Positions 58,579 to 64,000 of a stretch of 64,000 bases of DNA are shown here, piece after piece. The translations under genes and the position numbers were made by a program. Within the stretch, counting starts at the first letter, position 1. Each line of letters starts with the position of its first letter. Location of the stretch: positions 14,005 through 78,004 of the forward strand of contig CAWBMM010000008.1 of the NCBI GenBank assembly GCA_963789855.1, given 5' to 3'. Source of the stretch: an uncultured Actinomycetota bacterium (GTDB taxonomy: Bacteria; Actinomycetota; Actinomycetes; JACCUZ01). Below the pieces are notes generated by a model that did no database searches, had not been told where the DNA came from, and saw nothing but the letters and a program-made list of their open reading frames with translations.

Positions 58579-58670
58579 GGAGTCGACCACGTAAAGCACG
58601 CGGGCACCCGCGACAACACGCGTGCACGCGTGTTGTCGCGGGGCGCAGCGTGCTTTACGTGGTCGACTCC
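58579..58670. repeat. 92-nt near-perfect palindrome between convergent genes
   Basis: The outer arms 58579-58601 and 58648-58670 are perfectly complementary (23 bp). So are the inner arms 58607-58624 and 58625-58642 (18 bp). A 5x5 mismatch bubble separates them, and the centre is GTGCAC. Confidence 0.9.
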
Positions 58671-58706
58671 CGGGAGGGCTTCGCGGCGACCGGGAGCCGG
58701 CCGCGG

Positions 58707-59642
58707 TCAGTAGGTCGACACGTGCACGTGGTCGTAGTGGTTGGCCGTCGTGGAGCCGCGGTCCTCCATGGCGCGCCAGCCCTCGCTGCCCCGCTCCACC
58801 GACCAGATGTGCTGAGACCAGATCACGTAGCTCACGCCGAGCTCGCTCGCGTGCGCCCGCACGTAGGCGGCGATCGCGTCGCCGAGCGAGCCGGTGCACA
58901 TGATGTCCAGGGCGTGCCCGGACCCGTGGTCGCCACCGGAGCCGGACAGACCGCCCCAGCTGGTGACCGCGGGGAAGGCGGCGCACACCGCGCGGTAGAC
59001 CTCGATCGTGTGCGGCACCAGCCCGCTCTCGACCGAGGAGCCGTCGGAGCAGGCCGCTCCGGAGACCGCCCCCGAGAACCGGATGGCGGTCGCGGCGACC
59101 GGCTTCGTCTGCGAGAGGTAGGCCTTGTGCACCCAGGCCAGTCGGTCGCCCCGGGCGACCTGGGCCCACGAGCCGTGGACGACTCCGGTGACCTGCACCT
59201 TGCCGCCGGCATCGAGCACGGTGAGCAGCCGGCTGTCCTCGTCGGCGTCGCTCCAGACGTTCAGCTCCGCCGTCACCCAGCGCGGCTTCAGGTCGGCCGG
59301 GTCCGGCGGCTGGCTCGTCGGCGTCTGCTCGGCCAGCTGCTCGACGTCCGCCAGGTGCGGCGGGGGCGGCTCGGGGCGCACCAGGTCGCGCGAGACGGTG
59401 CGCGCGGCGGCCCGCTCGACGTGCGCTGCAGGGGGATGGTCGGCGGCGGACGGCGAGCCCTGCGAGGTGCCATGCTGCAGCGCGCTCGCCACCGGGACGA
59501 TGGCTGCCGCTGCCAGGACCGGAGCGCCCACCGCGGCCCACCGCTGCAGCCGCACCCGCGAGCGCGGGGCCTTGCGGTGCCGACCGGCAGGCACTCGAGC
59601 ATCACTCCGGGAGCAGGGGACAGGGTCGAACGAGTGAAGCAC
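58707..59642 (-). CDS. Secreted protein with SH3b-like segment and conserved C-terminal domain (possible cell-wall-active enzyme)
   Basis: The N-terminus is basic and hydrophobic. The middle segment (VTAELNVWSDADEDSRLLTVLDAGGKVQVTG...WAQVARGDRLAWVHKAYL) looks SH3b-like. The C-terminus is SGGDHGSGHALDIM...VSYVIWSQHIWS...GWRAMEDRGSTTANHYDHVHVS. The start is uncertain (59642 or GTG 59594). Confidence 0.65.
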   Translation of the reverse strand: MLHSFDPVPCSRSDARVPAGRHRKAPRSRVRLQRWAAVGAPVLAAAAIVPVASALQHGTSQGSPSAADHPPAAHVERAAARTVSRDLVRPEPPPPHLADVEQLAEQTPTSQPPDPADLKPRWVTAELNVWSDADEDSRLLTVLDAGGKVQVTGVVHGSWAQVARGDRLAWVHKAYLSQTKPVAATAIRFSGAVSGAACSDGSSVESGLVPHTIEVYRAVCAAFPAVTSWGGLSGSGGDHGSGHALDIMCTGSLGDAIAAYVRAHASELGVSYVIWSQHIWSVERGSEGWRAMEDRGSTTANHYDHVHVSTY

Positions 59643-59650
59643 ATCCGCCG

Positions 59651-60667
59651 GTGTTCACCCCAATCGCCCCCATGCGGTACGACTTGATGGTGGCCGACGC
59701 CGAACCCCTGCCGCTGCTGCGGCCGATGCTGGCCAGCCCCGGCGAGCTGCCGCCTCCTGCCCAGGAGCACCGCTGGGCGTTCGAGATGAAGTGGGACGGC
59801 GTCCGAGCCGTCGTGTACTTGGACCGGGGGGACCTCCGGGTCCTGACGCGCAACGACCGCGAGGTGTCCGCGACGTACCCGGAGCTGCGCGGGCTGGCCG
59901 AGCAGCTGCGCCACCACCGGGTCGTCCTCGACGGCGAGGTGGTCGCGTTCGACGAGGCCGGCCGGCCCAGCTTCGGCGAGCTGCAGGCCAGGATGCACGT
60001 CCGCGCCCCTGGCCGGGCCCTGCTCGACCGGGTGCCGGTCAGCCTCCTGGTCTTCGACCTGCTGCACCTCGACGGCACCACGCTGGTCGGCGCGGGCTAC
60101 GACGACCGGCGGGTCGCGCTCGAGTCGCTCGAGCTGGCTGGCGACCGGTGGGCGGTCCCGCCCGCCTTCGACGGTCACGCCGCCGAGGCGCTGGCGGCCT
60201 CGCAGGCGCAGGGTCTCGAGGGGGTCCTGGCCAAGCGGCACGACGCGCCGTACCTGCCGGGCCGCCGCTCCCCGAGCTGGGTGAAGGTCAAGCACCTGCT
60301 GATGCAGGAGGTCGTGGTCGGCGGTTGGTCGCCTGGGGCCGGGCGCCGGGAGGGGGGCGTCGGGTCGCTGCTCATCGGCGTACCGGACGAGCAGGGGCGG
60401 CTGGTCTACGCCGGACACGTCGGCACCGGCTTCTCCGACCGGGTGCTCGCCGACCTCACGGCCACCCTGCGGGCGGCCGAGCGCCGCACCTCGCCGTTCG
60501 CCGACGAGGTCCCGCGGGCGCACGCGAAGGACGCGCACTGGGTGGCGCCGCGACTGGTCGGCGAGGTGACGTTCTCGGAGTGGACCCGGGACGGCCGGCT
60601 CCGGCAGCCGTCGTGGCGCGGGCTGCGGCCCGACAAGGACCCCGCCGACGTACGCCGGGAGAGCTGA
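59651..60667 (+). CDS. ATP-dependent DNA ligase (LigD ligase-domain / LigC-like)
   Basis: Adenylation motif I is EMKWDGVR. Further motifs are LDGEVV, LLVFDLLHLDG, EGVLAKR and WVKVK, with an OB-domain C-terminus. The start is uncertain (GTG 59651 or ATG 59672). Confidence 0.85.
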   Translation: MFTPIAPMRYDLMVADAEPLPLLRPMLASPGELPPPAQEHRWAFEMKWDGVRAVVYLDRGDLRVLTRNDREVSATYPELRGLAEQLRHHRVVLDGEVVAFDEAGRPSFGELQARMHVRAPGRALLDRVPVSLLVFDLLHLDGTTLVGAGYDDRRVALESLELAGDRWAVPPAFDGHAAEALAASQAQGLEGVLAKRHDAPYLPGRRSPSWVKVKHLLMQEVVVGGWSPGAGRREGGVGSLLIGVPDEQGRLVYAGHVGTGFSDRVLADLTATLRAAERRTSPFADEVPRAHAKDAHWVAPRLVGEVTFSEWTRDGRLRQPSWRGLRPDKDPADVRRES

Positions 60668-60673
60668 CGGCCG

Positions 60674-62768
60674 TCAGGCCCCGGAGCGGCCCAGCGGTGA
60701 CAGCAGCCGGCCCGGCCGGCCCAGCAGGTAGCCCTGACCGTAGGAGCAGCCCAGCTCGGACAGCATCGAGCGCTGGCCCTCCTCCTCGATGCCCTCGGCG
60801 ACCACGTCGATGTGCAGCGCCCGGCACAACGAGACGACAGCCTCGACGATCGCGGTGCTCGCGTCCGAGCTGGTCATCCGACCCACGAAGGAACGGTCGA
60901 TCTTCACGTAGCTCGCGGGGACGTCGATGAGGTGGGTCAACGAGGAGTAGCCGGTGCCGAAGTCGTCGATCGCCAGCCGCACACCGAGGTGCACCAGGGT
61001 GTCGAGCTCGCTGGTGGCGGTCGGGGTGACGCCGAGCAGGGCCGTCTCGGTGAGCTCGAGAGTGAGCCGCGACGGTTCCAGGCCGCTGCGGCTCAGAGCG
61101 CGGGCGACGAGCCCCGGCAGCAGACCGCGCCCGACGTGCCGCGCCGAGATGTTGACGCTGACGTTGGGCGCGTCCTTGTCGGTGCTCCAGCCGACGGCGT
61201 CGTTGCAGGCGCGCTGCAGCACGTAGCGGTCGATCTCCAGCACCAGGTCGCTGGTCTCGGCGATCGGGAGGAAGGCGTCGGGGGAGAGCACACCCCGGAC
61301 CGGGTGGTCCCAGCGGACCAGCGCTTCGTACGCGGCCACGGCGCCGTCACCGAGCCGGAGGACCGGCTGGTAGTCGAGGAACAACGCCTCGGTGCGCATC
61401 GCCTCGCGCATCTCGTGCTCCATGCCCAGCCGTCGGGTGGCCCGCTCGATCAGCTCGGGGACGAACAACGCGTGCCGGTCCCGGCCGCTCTCCTTGGCGC
61501 GGTACAGGGCGGCGTCGGCGTTGCGCAGCAGGTCGGCGGCCGAGATGCCCGGCTCGGAGAGCGCGATGCCGACGCTCACCGTCATCGTCACGTCGTGGGC
61601 CCGCTGCATCGGCTTGGTGATCTCGTCGATGAGCCGTTGGGCGACCTGCTCGGCGTGCGCCCGTGAGTCGAGCGCCTCGCAGAGCACGACGAACTCGTCG
61701 CCGCCGAGCCGGGCCGCGGTGTCGCCGTCGCGGATGCAGGCCAGCAGCCGCTCGGCCGTCTCGACGAGCACGGCGTCGCCGGCCTCGTGCCCGCGGCTGT
61801 CGTTGACCAGCTTGAAGTGGTCGAGGTCGCAGAACAGCAGGGCCATCGGGCGACCGGTGACGGCGGCGCGGGTCAGGGCCTCGGTGGTGCGGGTCAGGAG
61901 CGTGCTGCGGTTGGGCAGGCCGGTCAGCTCGTCGTGCGCGGCCTGGTGCGCGAGCGCCCGGTGCGCGGCCCGCTCGGTGGTGACGTCCTCGATCATCGAG
62001 ATGAAGTAGAGCGGTGCACCCGTCGTGTCCCGGGCGAGGGCCACGGTCAGCTGGGCCCACAGCGGCTCGCCGCCCCGGGTCAGGTAGCGCTTGACGATCC
62101 GGTAGGTCTCCGAGCCGCCGGCCAGCAGGTCGGCGACGTGGGCCTCGTCCAGGGCCAGGTCGTCGGGGTGGGTGATCGACTGGAAGGTCATCCCGGACAG
62201 CTCGTCCTTGCCGTAGCCCAGCAGCCGGCAGAACGCCCCGTTGCTCTCCAGCAGGACGCCGTCCAGCGTGACGATCGCGATGCCGATGGGGGCGTGCTCG
62301 GCAGCGAGCCGGAACCGGTGCTCGGCGGCCTCCAGGGCAGCAGCGGCGTGCCGTTCGGAGGTCACGTCGACGGCGGTGACGACGGCCACGACGGCCTCGG
62401 GCAGCGCGGCCGGGCTGACGTTGAGGCGCAGCCAGCGCAGCTCGTCGCGGCCGGACCGACCCCCGCAGGCCGACGACCTGGTCGTGCACGTCACGACCCT
62501 CGGACAACGCGACCGCCCACGGGTGCTGCGCGGCCGGCATCGGCTGGCCGGTGCGGTCGAGGACCTCGGTGAGCTGTCCCGCGCCGCCGACGAGGTCGGC
62601 GAACGTGTCGTTGCAGCCGAGGACCCGCCCGTCGGCGCGCATCGCGGCCACGCCCTCGTGCAGCGCTCCGAGGACATGGCGGAGCCCGAGCCCGGTCAGC
62701 AGGCTTGGCTGCCGCAGCCCCGACGGGTCAGGACCCTCCCCCGTGAGCCGTTCGATGTCGACGGTCAC
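60674..62768 (-). pseudogene. PAS-PAS-GGDEF-EAL signalling protein, one apparent frameshift
   Basis: The first PAS region (MTVDIERLTGE...) is in the frame of ORF 61347-62768. The rest is in the frame of ORF 60674-62677, including RLGGDEFVV (GGDEF) and EALVRW...ELTE...DDFGTGYSS (EAL). The switch is at a C5 run near 62460-62464. Confidence 0.88.
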
Positions 62769-62870
62769 GTTGATCCGATCGGGCCTCCCTCGGGAGGGCT
62801 TGACCCTTTACGAACAGCCTTTACCTCCGCTTGGGGTGCGGGCCGGGCCGGCCGGACCGCTGAGCGCGGC

Positions 62871-63758
62871 TCAGACCCGCCGCAGCACCGCGGTGACCCG
62901 CCCGAGCACCGTCGCCTGGTCGCCCGCGATCGGCTCGTACGCCGGGTTGTGGGGCAGCAGCCAGACGTGGCCGTCGCGGCGCTTGAACGTCTTCACGGTG
63001 GCCTCGCCGTCGATCATCGCCGCCACGATGTCGCCGTTCTCGGCGACCTGCTGCTGACGCACGACCACCCAGTCGCCGTCGCAGATCGCGGCGTCGACCA
63101 TCGAGTCGCCCTGGACCTGGAGCAGGAAGAGGGTGCCCTCGCCGACGACCTGGCGGGGGAGCGGGAAGACGTCCTCGACGGCCTGCTCGGCCAGGATCGG
63201 CCCGCCGGCGGCGATCCGGCCGACCACGGGCACGTAGGCCGCTGCCGGCCGGGCGTCGCCGCTGCCGGTCTCGAGGTCGTGGACGCTGCCACCGCCGTCG
63301 TAGGAGGGAGCCGCCACCGGCCCGGCGTCGGGGTGCATGACCTCGATGGCCCGGGGACGGTTGGGGTCGCGGCGCAGGAAGCCCTTGCGCTCCAGCGTCA
63401 TCAGCTGGTGGGAGACGCTGGAGGAGCTGGTCAGGCCGACCGCCTCGCCGATCTCGCGCATGCTCGGCGGGTAGCCGCGCCGCTCGACCGAGGCCCGGAT
63501 GACCTCGAGCACCCGGCGTTGTCGCGGCGTGAGCCCCGACTCGTCCGGGGGCCCGTCGGGGATCTCGGCGACCGTGCCGGTGGTCGCGGCTTCGACGGCC
63601 GGACCGTCGATGCTGCCGCCCGTCGATGCTGCCGCTGCCTGTGTCCCGTGCTGCCACCGCTGCCTCCTGGATCTGCGCGGGGTGCTGCTCCGCGGGGTTG
63701 TGTCCGACCCTCGCGGGACGGTCTCGCCGAGCACGAACGTTAGCGATCTCGCACGCAT
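62871..63758 (-). CDS. lexA: LexA repressor
   Basis: The N-terminal wHTH is [53 protein letters not shown]. The cleavage site is VGRIAAGGP and the S24 peptidase part is LQVQGDSM...[15 protein letters not shown] long N-terminal extension makes the start uncertain. Confidence 0.92.
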   Translation of the reverse strand: MRARSLTFVLGETVPRGSDTTPRSSTPRRSRRQRWQHGTQAAAASTGGSIDGPAVEAATTGTVAEIPDGPPDESGLTPRQRRVLEVIRASVERRGYPPSMREIGEAVGLTSSSSVSHQLMTLERKGFLRRDPNRPRAIEVMHPDAGPVAAPSYDGGGSVHDLETGSGDARPAAAYVPVVGRIAAGGPILAEQAVEDVFPLPRQVVGEGTLFLLQVQGDSMVDAAICDGDWVVVRQQQVAENGDIVAAMIDGEATVKTFKRRDGHVWLLPHNPAYEPIAGDQATVLGRVTAVLRRV

Positions 63759-63761
63759 GTT

Positions 63762-63777
63762 TCAAACATCTGTTCGA
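63762..63777. promoter_or_regulatory. LexA (SOS) box adjacent to the lexA start
   Basis: TCAAACATCTGTTCGA against TCGAAC-N4-GTTCGA (one mismatch). Confidence 0.65.
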
Positions 63778-63814
63778 AGTTTGCTGGATATCTTCGCTCG
63801 GATGAGGTAGAACA

Positions 63815-63846
63815 TCGTACAGGTGTTCGATCGAACAACCGTTCGA
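63815..63846. promoter_or_regulatory. Two abutting LexA (SOS) boxes in the lexA / LysM-gene divergent region
   Basis: TCGTACAGGTGTTCGA (63815-63830, one mismatch) is immediately followed by TCGAACAACCGTTCGA (63831-63846, perfect). Confidence 0.7.
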
Positions 63847-63877
63847 CTGAGGCCGCAGAGCAGCCCGGGAGGAAGCC

Positions 63878-64000
63878 ATGAGCACGATGACCGTCAGCGC
63901 AGGGTTCGGCGGCCGTTCCGCCGGGCGGCGCAGCAACCGACCCGTCGCCTCGGCCCGGGTCGCGCCGCAGCAGGCCGCCGTCCCGACGCCGCGAGGCGCG
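63878..64000 (+). CDS. 5' end of a gene divergent from lexA (LysM-domain/ChiZ-like by position), truncated by the window
   Basis: ATG 63878 is preceded by GGGAGGAAG (MSTMTVSAGFGGRSAGRRSNRP...). The product call rests only on the conserved actinobacterial arrangement lexA <-> LysM protein; no domain is visible yet. Confidence 0.35.
   Translation, partial: MSTMTVSAGFGGRSAGRRSNRPVASARVAPQQAAVPTPRGA

Noticed and set aside
56272-59541. 1089-aa ORF on the minus strand
   Set aside because: It is antisense to the nuclease gene and then out of frame through the palindrome and the next gene. It is Arg/Gly-rich low-complexity sequence and a shadow ORF. The same reasoning applies to 1632-2723, 35342-37381, 39125-40642, 51156-52862, 52633-55092, 23951-25684 and 46360-47877.
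59626-59641. SOS box upstream of the ligase gene (TCGAACGAGTGAAGCA)
   Set aside because: Only the left half-site matches, and the right half has 2/6 matches. It is probably chance.

Overview
High-GC (about 70% by eye) actinobacterial chromosomal segment. The right two thirds is a conserved housekeeping and DNA-repair backbone: DUF3046-recA-recX-rny, miaB, miaA, dapF, hflX, dinG, lexA and a divergent LysM-type gene. Its LexA (SOS) boxes and RecA-NDp/PafBC-type promoter motifs are readable. The left third (1-24 kb) is more accessory. It holds an ECF sigma module flanked by two beta-propeller paralogues, a tRNA-Met 3' remnant next to a truncated glycosyltransferase, a NarL-type and an OmpR-type two-component system, a MacAB-like efflux operon, a lower-GC patch with decayed hydrolase genes, and an orphan MASE1-GAF histidine kinase. 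Other genes include lhr, an S8 protease, a DrrAB-like ABC-2 exporter, a beta-carbonic anhydrase, gamma-glutamyltransferase, an ExeM/NucH-like 1110-aa secreted nuclease, a LigD-type ATP-dependent ligase domain and a PAS-GGDEF-EAL protein. The main global signal is roughly 40 apparent frameshifts, counted by hand. They are strongly clustered in a few dispensable genes (lhr, macB-like ATPase and permease, miaB, a secreted protein), while many long genes are intact. I found no transposase, integrase, CRISPR array or recognisable defence system, and no convincing novel multi-gene system. The best unexplained features are non-coding: a dispersed 52-nt element in 3 copies, a 42-44 bp tandem array, a 92-nt near-perfect palindrome, a 17-bp perfect inverted repeat upstream of recA, an AT-rich 15-bp inverted repeat in a divergent promoter, and an unannotatable ORF translationally coupled between dapF and hflX. 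All calls rest on manual reading and remembered family motifs; no searches were run.
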